64,000 bases of DNA from a virus (IMGVR_UViG_2974782369_000001:1-64000), one strand, 5' to 3'. Shown: positions 18,339 to 26,816, numbered from the stretch's first letter. Notes: generated by a model not told the origin, from the sequence alone. A program made the numbers and translations.

Positions 18339-18539
18339 TTATACCAACACCACACGATAGTCAATGGATTTGATACAGTAACCTGATGCACATGTGATCT
18401 CTTCGACTAGATCATCGCCATCATCTGCTTCCCAATGAGTGCCAACATAATCAGCATAAAAGTCATCCATTTCCTCCTCAGTTAGAGGATACAAAGTATC
18501 ATCGAAGTCAAACTCGATTGCAGTAACTTGGTAGTGCAT
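18339..18539 (-). CDS. Small very acidic protein
   Basis: ORF track; D/E-rich. Confidence 0.7.
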   Translation of the reverse strand: MHYQVTAIEFDFDDTLYPLTEEEMDDFYADYVGTHWEADDGDDLVEEITCASGYCIKSIDYRVVLV

Positions 18540-18712
18540 CAGTAAGTGATAACGAATTGATTGGGGCGAATGTCTACAGAATCTGGTGCAGTGTAGTCTG
18601 TAGAATAGGCAGGAATGAAACGATCGTTAGAGATGCTGTAGAGCATCACTTTCTGCTGCAAAGTATTAGTTGGCATACGTTGCAGTTGCTCTAACAATTC
18701 TTGATAAGTCAT
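18539..18712 (-). CDS. Hypothetical protein (start MTYQELLEQL)
   Basis: ORF track trimmed to the ATG at 18712 to avoid overlap with 18759-19031. Confidence 0.65.
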   Translation of the reverse strand: MTYQELLEQLQRMPTNTLQQKVMLYSISNDRFIPAYSTDYTAPDSVDIRPNQFVITY

Positions 18713-18758
18713 CTTTTTGTGTGTAGATTCGGACCAAGGAATAAGACTCCAAGACATA

Positions 18759-19031
18759 TCAACCCACACACGCCATTGGCATATACTCTTCACGAGGCAT
18801 TTTGTCGGTGTTGTAGTCAGTAACCTCAGCACCGTTAGCAATACGCGATGCCCACTCATTCTTGGCATCGATCATACCCACAACGCTGTAGGATTTCTGA
18901 CCAGTAGCACGGAAAGTAACACGCTTAATGAAACGCTTGACCACGACTTTCATGCCCTTAACTTCACACGCTTCAGCAATAAGTGCCTCAGGGAAGAAGT
19001 CAACAATGGTGGCGGAGTTGGTGAGTTGCAT
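18759..19031 (-). CDS. Hypothetical early protein
   Basis: ORF track; first gene after a cassette. Confidence 0.75.
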   Translation of the reverse strand: MQLTNSATIVDFFPEALIAEACEVKGMKVVVKRFIKRVTFRATGQKSYSVVGMIDAKNEWASRIANGAEVTDYNTDKMPREEYMPMACVG

Positions 19032-19039
19032 TTGCTCTC

Positions 19040-19116
19040 TTTCTTTGACTCTTATAGTATTGCACCTTTCAAGGTGCTTTGCAAGGGGTAGTGGACACTT
19101 TGACCAACTGGCACAC
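19040..19116 (-). promoter_or_regulatory. Early promoter cassette
   Basis: GTGTGCCAGTTGGTCAAAGTGTCCAC...TTGCAA-17-AATACT-ATAAGAGTCAAAG. Confidence 0.7.
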
Positions 19117-19118
19117 TC

Positions 19119-19319
19119 CTACCCGTAGTGCTCCATATATTCTTCCAAAGTATAACCTTCATCTGTGCCAGTTTCTAACACCAACTCTTCGAGAGTTAGT
19201 TTCTCCATATCCTCACGATACTCTTCTGGTGATGGATCTTCAGGATCGTAATCGTCATGGCAAAGGTATATCCACTCTGCCACAAGTGCATCGACTAATT
19301 GTTGCTTAGTGTAGGTCAC
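19119..19319 (-). CDS. Small very acidic protein
   Basis: ORF track. Confidence 0.7.
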   Translation of the reverse strand: MTYTKQQLVDALVAEWIYLCHDDYDPEDPSPEEYREDMEKLTLEELVLETGTDEGYTLEEYMEHYG

Positions 19320-19528
19320 AGTTTGCCTCCAACCTTGCCATCATTCAGCACTCGACTACTATCAGCACCCCATCCTTCTTGTCTACCTTTAAGGTAAAAA
19401 CGAGTCATTCTAATACACAACTCTTCGGTCATAGCAGTTACTAACTCTTCATCATCTTTTGCTGCACTGTGCCACAAACCGTATTTGGTTTTGTAGACAC
19501 GAAAGGCGTCATCAATCCATTCCATCAA
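19316..19528 (-). CDS. Hypothetical protein
   Basis: ORF track; ends ...VGGKL; coupled overlaps at both ends. Confidence 0.75.
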   Translation of the reverse strand: MMEWIDDAFRVYKTKYGLWHSAAKDDEELVTAMTEELCIRMTRFYLKGRQEGWGADSSRVLNDGKVGGKL

Positions 19529-19746
19529 TTAGATTCCAGAGTGAAATTAGGGATAAAGGTGAACTCATACTCACCATCTTCAGGATCTTGACCATCAACA
19601 ATCCACTCTTCATAGATAGAAACTGCATCCATTTCACGCTTATCATCTACACAATCGTGCATCGCTTGAAGTAGAGTTTCGCTCATGTTGTCGATGGAGT
19701 GTTGCATTTCAGGAGTTTCGTTGATTTCGATAAACATTTGATTCAC
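19525..19746 (-). CDS. Small acidic protein
   Basis: ORF track. Confidence 0.7.
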   Translation of the reverse strand: MNQMFIEINETPEMQHSIDNMSETLLQAMHDCVDDKREMDAVSIYEEWIVDGQDPEDGEYEFTFIPNFTLESN

Positions 19747-20189
19747 TTAAGATAGAGATAACCACCCGCCCAATCAGCGCGAGCATAACATTCTTCACGA
19801 GAAGAATCATCGAGAAGATTATAGCGCACACCTTTGGCGGGTGCTTTCCAAGAGGCAGACTTGTAGACCTCTCCAGTCTTTTTATCGATGAAACAATGCA
19901 CCGATCGAGATCCTCCCTGACCAGTTTGATGGATCACTTTGTAATACTTACGACCAGACTCAAAGTAAAACTCATCATCAACACCATTGTTGTTAATTTC
20001 AGCAATTTTACGTTGATGATACTCAGAATCGGAATCATTCTTTTCGAGTGAAGTAGTGTGCCATGCAAGTTGTTGACGTTTGATGTCGAGATAAAGAGCA
20101 TCGCAGAGCATAACTGCATAGTGCTCAACTTTACTTAGTTGCTCTTCCATTGCTGGTTTGCTTTCAATAAACTCTGCGAATGTGCTCAT
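19743..20189 (-). CDS. Conserved phage hypothetical protein
   Basis: GRKYYKV...SVHCFIDKKTGEVYKSASWKAPAKGVRY motif. Confidence 0.8.
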   Translation of the reverse strand: MSTFAEFIESKPAMEEQLSKVEHYAVMLCDALYLDIKRQQLAWHTTSLEKNDSDSEYHQRKIAEINNNGVDDEFYFESGRKYYKVIHQTGQGGSRSVHCFIDKKTGEVYKSASWKAPAKGVRYNLLDDSSREECYARADWAGGYLYLK

Positions 20190-20194
20190 GGTGG

Positions 20195-20268
20195 CGTTTC
20201 TTTGACTCTTTTAGTATTGCATGGTATCAACCCCTATGGGGGGTTTAGTGGACACCTTGTAGACCGTC
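20195..20268 (-). promoter_or_regulatory. Early promoter cassette (C5 class)
   Basis: GGACGGTCTACAAGGTGTCCAC...CCCCCA...TGCAATACT-AAAAGAGTCAAAG. Confidence 0.6.
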
Positions 20269-20433
20269 CTAGGCGGGATATACGTCCCATCCCACACCCT
20301 CAGGCACCACGTTATCAATAACATGCTGCACATTGTCTATACCATAGACAACAACTTCTTGCAGTGAGGAGTAACCATTCACTCGCTTTTCACGACGCCA
20401 GGTAATGCGCCAACGATCTTTCTCAGTCATCAT
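20269..20433 (-). CDS. Hypothetical protein (start approximate)
   Basis: ORF track, trimmed to MMTEKDRW. Confidence 0.55.
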   Translation of the reverse strand: MMTEKDRWRITWRREKRVNGYSSLQEVVVYGIDNVQHVIDNVVPEGVGWDVYPA

Positions 20434-20779
20434 CAGATAGTGTGCAAGACCAAATAACAAAACAAATAAGTCCTACTGGGATAATAACATACCAGAATGT
20501 TATGAAGAAATAGATTACAAAGAGAAATGCTAGCAGTCCAATGACACCTAGAGCATCGAAATCGCCCCCAAATGATCTATCTGAAGTTGAAGAATAAGAA
20601 TCGTTGGATGATGATGAATTGTCACCTGTACGCCCTCTCCAGAGGACTCTAAGGACTTCCATTCCATACATCGACTCAGCAGTTTCACGCGCTTCATGCT
20701 CACTATAGCAGTCAGTAATTATGACTGTTTTGTTTAGTCCATTGTCGCGTTTTAGCAGGACTTCGTAATCACTTGCCAT
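20423..20779 (-). CDS. Membrane protein with Ser-rich linker
   Basis: ORF track; long C-terminal hydrophobic segment. Confidence 0.7.
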   Translation of the reverse strand: MASDYEVLLKRDNGLNKTVIITDCYSEHEARETAESMYGMEVLRVLWRGRTGDNSSSSNDSYSSTSDRSFGGDFDALGVIGLLAFLFVIYFFITFWYVIIPVGLICFVIWSCTLSDDD

Positions 20780-20781
20780 GA

Positions 20782-20913
20782 TTAAAGATGTGCGAGGATG
20801 TCACCAACGATCTCATCTTCTGATCCGAGAATGTCAGTAACCCAGGAATCTTCTTCCACTTGGCACATGTCATTCTCGTCCCATTGCACGTTGAAAGTGT
20901 CATCAAACATCAT
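20782..20913 (-). CDS. Tiny acidic protein (43 aa)
   Basis: Read manually: MMFDDTFNVQWDENDMCQVEEDSWVTDILGSEDEIVGDILAHL. Confidence 0.55.
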   Translation of the reverse strand: MMFDDTFNVQWDENDMCQVEEDSWVTDILGSEDEIVGDILAHL

Positions 20914-21112
20914 AACCAAATCCTCCGTTTTGTGCTTTTTTAGCGAGTTGCATTACTTCTTTTAGGCGACGAAGTGATCGCTTCATGAAATGAATCTCTT
21001 CCAGTTGGTATAGGAAAGGATCCTTATCTGCGGCAGCAAGTGCCTTCTTTAGTGCTTTAATTTGTCCAGCAAGAGATTGACCTTGCTGACTAACATTAGT
21101 CTTAGAAATCAT
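20903..21112 (-). CDS. Hypothetical protein
   Basis: ORF track. Confidence 0.65.
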   Translation of the reverse strand: MISKTNVSQQGQSLAGQIKALKKALAAADKDPFLYQLEEIHFMKRSLRRLKEVMQLAKKAQNGGFGYDV

Positions 21113-21248
21113 TACTCAATAACTCCAACTGTAAATGATCGTCACATGAATCGGACTCGTGCAAGTCTATCATATCAGTGTCAGTGAGGCAAGTAAGTTT
21201 GCCAAACAAAAAGTCAATAAACTCGTGATCTTCTTTAGAAAACATCAA

Positions 21249-21476
21249 TCAACCTCCAAACATTTCATCAAACAGATCACCCATCTCTTGCGCTTCGTTG
21301 TAGCGATCGAGTTGGTTACGCATTGCAATCAGTGCCTGCTGAGTGTTACGCAGTTTCAGCATTTCCTCACCGATGTAGTGCAAACGATTGTTAATCTGGC
21401 AACGGTCCATACCATCAACAGTGGGCATATCGTAGACAGTGTTGTTGATCTTGCGGGGTTGCAGTTGGACAGTCAT
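21249..21476 (-). CDS. Hypothetical early protein
   Basis: ORF track; first gene after a cassette. Confidence 0.7.
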   Translation of the reverse strand: MTVQLQPRKINNTVYDMPTVDGMDRCQINNRLHYIGEEMLKLRNTQQALIAMRNQLDRYNEAQEMGDLFDEMFGG

Positions 21477-21484
21477 TTGCGTTG

Positions 21485-21560
21485 TTTCCTTTGACTCTTA
21501 TAGAATACACGAGAACCGACCCATTTCAACCGATAGTGGACAGTTTGACCAACTGGCACA
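21485..21560 (-). promoter_or_regulatory. Early promoter cassette
   Basis: TGTGCCAGTTGGTCAAACTGTCCACTATCGGTTGAAA-17-TATTCT-ATAAGAGTCAAAGG. Confidence 0.75.
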
Positions 21561-21776
21561 CTACTCGAATACTGGGATGGTACGGGTATACTCTTCTCTC
21601 ATTCTTCGTAATTGTGCTGGATCATTGCCATAATAACCCATATTCATGTAGACACAATCGATATAACGTAGGTCTTCACGATCTGCGTCCATAGTAAATT
21701 TGTCGCAGTAATATAGTATTTCCTGAGGCACCTTTACTTTCTGATAATTGTATTCGACGTAATAAGGAACTGTCAT
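21561..21776 (-). CDS. Hypothetical protein
   Basis: ORF track; coupled to the MTase stop. Confidence 0.7.
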   Translation of the reverse strand: MTVPYYVEYNYQKVKVPQEILYYCDKFTMDADREDLRYIDCVYMNMGYYGNDPAQLRRMREEYTRTIPVFE

Positions 21777-22618
21777 TCAACTTCAACCAAAGATGTAAGT
21801 AAGTGTGGTGTGCTTGATTTAGCACGCTCTACGCACATTGCGTGGTAGGTAGGATCAATCTCGAAACCGATGAAGTTTCTACCTTCCTCGATACACATTT
21901 GTGCAGTTGTGCCTGCACCCATGAAAGGATCGATGATTAGATCACCTTTATTGCTCCAGGTTTGAATATGTCCCCGTGCCAATTCTTCTGGCATGGTAGC
22001 AGGATGCTTGTAAGATGCTTTGGACGATTGACCAAACCCACCGCTATTCTTGATCTTCCAGATGTTAGTGCGGACACCATACTCTCGGATCTCGTTAGAC
22101 TTTCGTCCAGGATCATGCATCGTGCCGTCTTTCTTTCGGGTCTTAGCATTGCCGAAGGAAGTATAACCTGCCCACTTATTCTTCTTGTCTTGAATAAGAT
22201 TAGTGGTGTTAGGTTTGCCCTTGGACAGAATAAAACAATACTCAAAGATCTGGGTATATCTTACACTCTTAGGACCAGATGCGAAGGCAGTACCAGTCTT
22301 CTCGTAAATCATGGTGTCATGTAGACGAAAACCATGAGCATCCATAAAGTGAAGGCACTGCCGAAAACTACTACCAGTTTCACTACCTTTTACCGTTGCA
22401 TCATTGACATTCCACATAATCACACCGCCAGGTTTTAGCACTCGTGCTAACCCAGCAGCAACATCTTTGAAGACATTAAAGTCCCATTTGCTGCTGTCAT
22501 TGTAGGTGCGAAGATCATCGTATGGGGGCGATGTGATGCAGAGATCTACACACTCTGCATCCATGAGTTGCATCCCTTCGACACAACTCATGAGGTGGGT
22601 TTTGTTTATATCAAGCAT
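21773..22618 (-). CDS. DNA amino-methyltransferase, beta class (N4-C/N6-A; SPPY suggests m4C)
   Basis: TSPPY catalytic motif near the N-terminus; HPA..P and DPFMGAGTT SAM-binding motif near the C-terminus. Confidence 0.92.
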   Translation of the reverse strand: MLDINKTHLMSCVEGMQLMDAECVDLCITSPPYDDLRTYNDSSKWDFNVFKDVAAGLARVLKPGGVIMWNVNDATVKGSETGSSFRQCLHFMDAHGFRLHDTMIYEKTGTAFASGPKSVRYTQIFEYCFILSKGKPNTTNLIQDKKNKWAGYTSFGNAKTRKKDGTMHDPGRKSNEIREYGVRTNIWKIKNSGGFGQSSKASYKHPATMPEELARGHIQTWSNKGDLIIDPFMGAGTTAQMCIEEGRNFIGFEIDPTYHAMCVERAKSSTPHLLTSLVEVE

Positions 22619-23219
22619 CGAGAGTTTCGTATTCAGAGTGGATATATTTCTTGGCGTTACGGATACCGCCGTAGATCACTTCGATTTTATCATAATCTTG
22701 GGTGAGAATCTTCAGCGAGGAGAATCCGTTGTTATTCTTACCTTTCTTGGTCACAGTATCATCCCAACCGCTACCCTCAGACAGGGCAGGGACATCAATC
22801 AGAGCAGCAAAACAGGAGGTGAAGATGTTACCTACATTCTGCAACTTCATGACAAAGTGAATATAGTCCTTCACTTTGCTGTGGTTGTTACCAGTAGCAA
22901 AGGAATCAGTAGATTCCATCAGGGACATTTTGTCTTCGATAGTGAATCGAATCTCAGCACCATCTTCAGTGGTGTTGATGATAGTGTCGTAACCATCTGC
23001 ATTGACAAACTGATAGTCAATGCCTAGCGAATCTGCTGCACGTTTGAAAGCAATAGGTTGCACATGTGAGAGAAACTTAGTCTTATCAACTGTGCCACCC
23101 ATGCCATCAAGATCCTTATCAATTACGCTCAGCATTTGATTAAGGATGCTCGTCATTTCGTTGAGAGCAACAGGAATCAACTGGCGATAGATGTTGCCGA
23201 GAGTTGTAGTCGGTGCCAT
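22611..23219 (-). CDS. Putative PD-(D/E)xK endonuclease paired with the MTase
   Basis: ADGYD-x16-EDK spacing resembles a PD-(D/E)xK core; overlaps the MTase start by 8 nt. The nuclease call is an inference. Confidence 0.45.
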   Translation of the reverse strand: MAPTTTLGNIYRQLIPVALNEMTSILNQMLSVIDKDLDGMGGTVDKTKFLSHVQPIAFKRAADSLGIDYQFVNADGYDTIINTTEDGAEIRFTIEDKMSLMESTDSFATGNNHSKVKDYIHFVMKLQNVGNIFTSCFAALIDVPALSEGSGWDDTVTKKGKNNNGFSSLKILTQDYDKIEVIYGGIRNAKKYIHSEYETLDA

Positions 23220-23234
23220 GTCAGTTGTTTAACT

Positions 23235-23300
23235 TGAATACAATATAAAATAAAAAGAGAGGTTTGTCAACCCCTCCCAACCAGTTTGGAAACTGGCACA
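23235..23300 (-). promoter_or_regulatory. Early promoter cassette
   Basis: TGTGCCAGTTTCCAAACTGG...GGGGTTGACA...TATATT. Confidence 0.65.
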
Positions 23301-23801
23301 CTATAAATCATAATAGTTAATGTTTAGCACAACTCTTTGCTGTGAATCTGTTGCTAACGTGCCTGTATGCTCCTCACCGTTATCAAATATCAGGACTCTA
23401 TTTGCCACACAATCACACTTAGCACCGTTACGAAAGAGTGTTGGACCATCTGTTGTGTTTAGATAGAATACCGCTGTTTTTAGTGGTTGTATTTTATCTT
23501 CTAAATTGAAATCTATATGCCACCCAGTCTCATCATTTGTTTGTGATCTAAATGTCAAGTTTGCTTTGATCTTTACTGGTTGGAATACTTTTATTGCATC
23601 TAATAGTGGAAAAACTAGATTTCCATACTGACTAGTCCATTCCCATTTCCAATAGAAACTATGAGTCATTTGAAAGTGATTTGGTGTATTATCACCAACA
23701 ATAACACTCTCACTATAATACCAAGGGAAATCACTTCCTAATAATACCTCTTGCATCTTGCTGAGTATATGATCGGGAAGCAAGTTATCAATAATTTGCA
23801 T
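23301..23801 (-). CDS. 2OG-Fe(II) oxygenase family protein
   Basis: WHID, AVFYLN, distal H (EEHTG) and R (RVVLNINY). Confidence 0.8.
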   Translation of the reverse strand: MQIIDNLLPDHILSKMQEVLLGSDFPWYYSESVIVGDNTPNHFQMTHSFYWKWEWTSQYGNLVFPLLDAIKVFQPVKIKANLTFRSQTNDETGWHIDFNLEDKIQPLKTAVFYLNTTDGPTLFRNGAKCDCVANRVLIFDNGEEHTGTLATDSQQRVVLNINYYDL

Positions 23802-24493
23802 CAGTTAATGAAACCCATGGTAGCATACATCGGTGCAAGTGGATTTTCGATTATATCGCTATCAGACAATTCAATCTGGCGATTCTCATCCAACCAATTA
23901 AACGGGAGCACTTGCATAGTGGTGTGGAATGTCACCTTTGGAGTATCACCTTTGTATGACATTTCCATGTGAGGTGTATGTGAAGGGAAGATAATTAGAC
24001 TTCCTTTCTTTACCTCAGGCACAAAGTATTGATGTAGAGGTAGATCAAAATACTGCGCTAGACCAGTAGATTCATAGTTAGAGTTTTCAGGATGCAAGAA
24101 TCTAAATCCGATAGTATCATTCTCATCAATATCATAGAAGTAAATCATCATGAGATTTACTTTTCTATTGCAGTGAGATTCTGCATGTTGATTATATCCC
24201 TTTTCATACTTGGCAATCCAACTACTACGAGGGAGCATAGTCCACTCTTCTCGCTTACCAACATCTGCGACAAAGATATTAAGTGCTCTGGTAAGTTGCT
24301 CAAGATACTTATCCCAAGGAGCATAACTTTCCTTGTTGGAAGTATAACGAAGATTCTGATCCCACTCAGAATGAAATTCAAATCTAGCGGGATCATTTAC
24401 AAACTCAGAGAAATGTGTTTCAATCTCTTTTTGCTCTTCCTCCGTCAATACTTCGTGGAAATACCAGTTGGAGTTGTATAATTCTAGTGCCAT
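23801..24493 (-). CDS. 2OG-Fe(II) oxygenase-like protein (TIGR02466-like), divergent
   Basis: SW...Y.KG, G.LIIFPSH.PH pattern; the first metal motif is atypical. Confidence 0.6.
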   Translation of the reverse strand: MALELYNSNWYFHEVLTEEEQKEIETHFSEFVNDPARFEFHSEWDQNLRYTSNKESYAPWDKYLEQLTRALNIFVADVGKREEWTMLPRSSWIAKYEKGYNQHAESHCNRKVNLMMIYFYDIDENDTIGFRFLHPENSNYESTGLAQYFDLPLHQYFVPEVKKGSLIIFPSHTPHMEMSYKGDTPKVTFHTTMQVLPFNWLDENRQIELSDSDIIENPLAPMYATMGFIN

Positions 24494-24512
24494 AGTATAA
24501 ACAGGAATATTA

Positions 24513-24710
24513 TTATCTATACAAATCAGAGAGTTTTAGTTTTTCTACGATTGCTTCCACTTCCCTCATCTTTTCAAGATAAGTTTCTTCAGGAATAATC
24601 TTGTCGCCATAGTATCGTTTCTGCAAGTCAGAGACATACAGAAACAATGCATCTTTCATAATCATTTTTTCATCCTTGTCTAGGATCTGGGAGTGAAGAC
24701 CGATCATCAC
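24513..24710 (-). CDS. Hypothetical protein
   Basis: ORF track. Confidence 0.7.
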   Translation of the reverse strand: MMIGLHSQILDKDEKMIMKDALFLYVSDLQKRYYGDKIIPEETYLEKMREVEAIVEKLKLSDLYR

Positions 24711-24892
24711 GCATCACGACGCAGGGTTTGCAAATAATCAAGCACATACGAGCGAATATACATCAACTCGTGATAACACTTTTGATTGTGAGCACACTGA
24801 CGCAATCTGCTATCAGGTTTCAATACGGATTCAATGAAAAGGTCGAGACCTCGATTAAACTTAATGTCTACTGATTCGTTGTCGAAATCCAT
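24707..24892 (-). CDS. Hypothetical protein
   Basis: ORF track; RGLDLFIESV.KPD..LRQCAHNQ.C motif. Confidence 0.75.
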   Translation of the reverse strand: MDFDNESVDIKFNRGLDLFIESVLKPDSRLRQCAHNQKCYHELMYIRSYVLDYLQTLRRDA

Positions 24893-25013
24893 TTTTAGTA
24901 TTGCACAGTGTAATCCAGGTCGTAGTCTACTTCAGAAAAGTCATCAAACTCAATTTCTTCAGATTCTTTTTGGGATTGATCTTCAGACAGCATTTGAATC
25001 ATTTCTTCTTCAT

Positions 25014-25214
25014 TCATGCCCAATCTCCTTCAGCATCAAAGGACTCTTTATATTTAGATTTGCGATTGGAATCGTTGCGGGGTTGTTGATAGGAATCGTC
25101 ATAAGAATCCCAGTTACCTCGTGATGCTCCACCACGTTGACGCTTATCTCGCAGTGATTTGCCAGGAGAGTAATAACCTCGCTCATTGCCACCGCGTCGG
25201 AAAGTCTTGCCCAT
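25014..25214 (-). CDS. Small RG-rich protein
   Basis: ORF track; MGKTFRRGG...; follows a cassette. Confidence 0.65.
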   Translation of the reverse strand: MGKTFRRGGNERGYYSPGKSLRDKRQRGGASRGNWDSYDDSYQQPRNDSNRKSKYKESFDAEGDWA

Positions 25215-25301
25215 TGATTGTGATTGTTGAGTAATAATTAACTACAATGTATATATTACAGGAAGGGAGCGATATTGGCAACCCCTCCTGTGCCACTTAG
25301 A

Positions 25302-25541
25302 TCAGCGGCGCACAGTGCTGTTGTAGATGCTAGACATCACAGAAGATTCATCCTCAGTCAGAAACTCAGGATTAGATTCTTCATCTACAGGATAAACTTG
25401 TGCTTCGAGAGTCTCAAAGACAAAACCTACACCTTTGAGGAAATCTTCAGTCTTTGCAACAACATCGTCCAGGAAAATACCATCAAAACGCTTTTCCGTG
25501 AGAGTGCCATCTTCGTCACGGCAGGACAGTGTGAATTGCAT
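25302..25541 (-). CDS. Hypothetical protein
   Basis: ORF track; DFLKGVGF motif; downstream of the promoter at 25565-25610. Confidence 0.7.
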   Translation of the reverse strand: MQFTLSCRDEDGTLTEKRFDGIFLDDVVAKTEDFLKGVGFVFETLEAQVYPVDEESNPEFLTEDESSVMSSIYNSTVRR

Positions 25542-25564
25542 TTGTTTAGTTGCGTGAATACCCC

Positions 25565-25610
25565 AGTATCATAGCACAGATTACTGGGGTATTGTCAACA
25601 GGAGTGCCAG
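25565..25610 (-). promoter_or_regulatory. Sigma70 promoter with CTGGCAC half-site, at the start of the early island
   Basis: CTGGCACTCCTGTTGACA...TGCTATGAT. Confidence 0.6.
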
Positions 25611-25964
25611 TTACTCTGCTGGTTTAGGATGGGCGTCCTTCACTGCCTTAATAGTATTATACCACTCAGATCCTTTACCAGGAATAACACCATCATCCAT
25701 CATGTGCCAGAGCATATCTAACTGCTCCTCGGGGAAAGGATAGTTAAATTTACGAGCAACATCATAGGGTGCTGGGGGAATTACAACTCTTTGGATTTGA
25801 CCATCAACATATTCCCAGTCGGAAGGATGAGGATTTTCCTCATCAGTCACAGGACCATCTACCCATTGAAACTCAGGATTTACGTCAAAACGAGACTCGT
25901 GCTCGTCGTTAATAATTTGGGCGATGCTACGCCCATCATTGTCGATTAGAGAATGAAATGCCAT
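25611..25964 (-). CDS. Tail-fibre-associated chaperone-like protein
   Basis: R...YP..EEQLDMLW...W...IKAVK...PKP C-terminal motif; directly after a Gly-rich fibre gene. Confidence 0.65.
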   Translation of the reverse strand: MAFHSLIDNDGRSIAQIINDEHESRFDVNPEFQWVDGPVTDEENPHPSDWEYVDGQIQRVVIPPAPYDVARKFNYPFPEEQLDMLWHMMDDGVIPGKGSEWYNTIKAVKDAHPKPAE

Positions 25965-25973
25965 TTTCGTTAA

Positions 25974-26780
25974 TTATGAGTAGTTGTATACAAGGACAAC
26001 ACCACCACCGCCACGGCAGTGAGTGTGATAGTTTTGAGAATAGTGACCCATACCGCCACCAGATCCCCAACGACCAGCAGTATTGTTATATCTACCACCA
26101 CCATTATGGTGATGAGATCCTGCTTGGTGCCAGAAACTCATGCCGCTGCCACCTTCACGAGAGGATCCGTGAGACATCTCACCAGCACCACCAACGATAT
26201 TCATATTGCCGCCGCTGGCGTTACCACCATGACCGCCTTCATATGGGTTATCGGTATATCCACCGTCTCCACCTGTAGCAGAGCAATAGTTACCAAAGGA
26301 AGATGTGCCGCCAGCAGCGCCTCTACCACCGTTTCTTGCTTCGTTACCACCGTTGCCCCAAGTAACGGAAACGTTAGAAGCAACACCAGTAATCCACTCG
26401 ATAGCAGTACCGCCACCACCGCCGCCTGCGCCACGATAGGTGTTATCATTAACACGAGCGCCGCCACCACCACCAGTGACATAAACTAGGACCGATGTGC
26501 AACCCGAAGGTCTTGACCAGTTTGTGTTACCACCGTTGGTCTGATATGTGTTACTATTACCATCTTGGTTTGTATAGACATTCACACTTAGAAGTCTACC
26601 ACCAGCACCACCAGTGACAGGCACCCAGGCACTACCATTATATTCTAGTCTTTGACCACTAGAAGGTGTGCCGCTAATTAGATCATTAAGTGTAGGAGTT
26701 GCGGGCACTTGAGTGAAAGTACTGCCGTTTGGGAAAACGACATTACTAACATTGATAGTGCTAACATTAAGGGTTGACAT
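25974..26780 (-). CDS. Glycine-rich tail fibre / virion protein
   Basis: VYVTGGGGG, GGTSSFG and SATGG..G glycine-rich domain; late promoter upstream. Confidence 0.75.
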   Translation of the reverse strand: MSTLNVSTINVSNVVFPNGSTFTQVPATPTLNDLISGTPSSGQRLEYNGSAWVPVTGGAGGRLLSVNVYTNQDGNSNTYQTNGGNTNWSRPSGCTSVLVYVTGGGGGARVNDNTYRGAGGGGGGTAIEWITGVASNVSVTWGNGGNEARNGGRGAAGGTSSFGNYCSATGGDGGYTDNPYEGGHGGNASGGNMNIVGGAGEMSHGSSREGGSGMSFWHQAGSHHHNGGGRYNNTAGRWGSGGGMGHYSQNYHTHCRGGGGVVLVYNYS

Positions 26781-26808
26781 ATCAATTTAATCCTTGTCTT
26801 CGTTTATT

Positions 26809-26816
26809 TATTTATA
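26809..26816 (-). promoter_or_regulatory. T4-type late promoter TATAAATA
   Basis: Exact gp55 consensus 28 nt upstream of the 26780 ATG. Confidence 0.75.

Noticed and set aside
13660-25610. Repeats as a CRISPR or mini-array
   Set aside because: Copies are degenerate, hundreds to thousands of bp apart, separated by genes and contain -35/-10 boxes; no cas genes.
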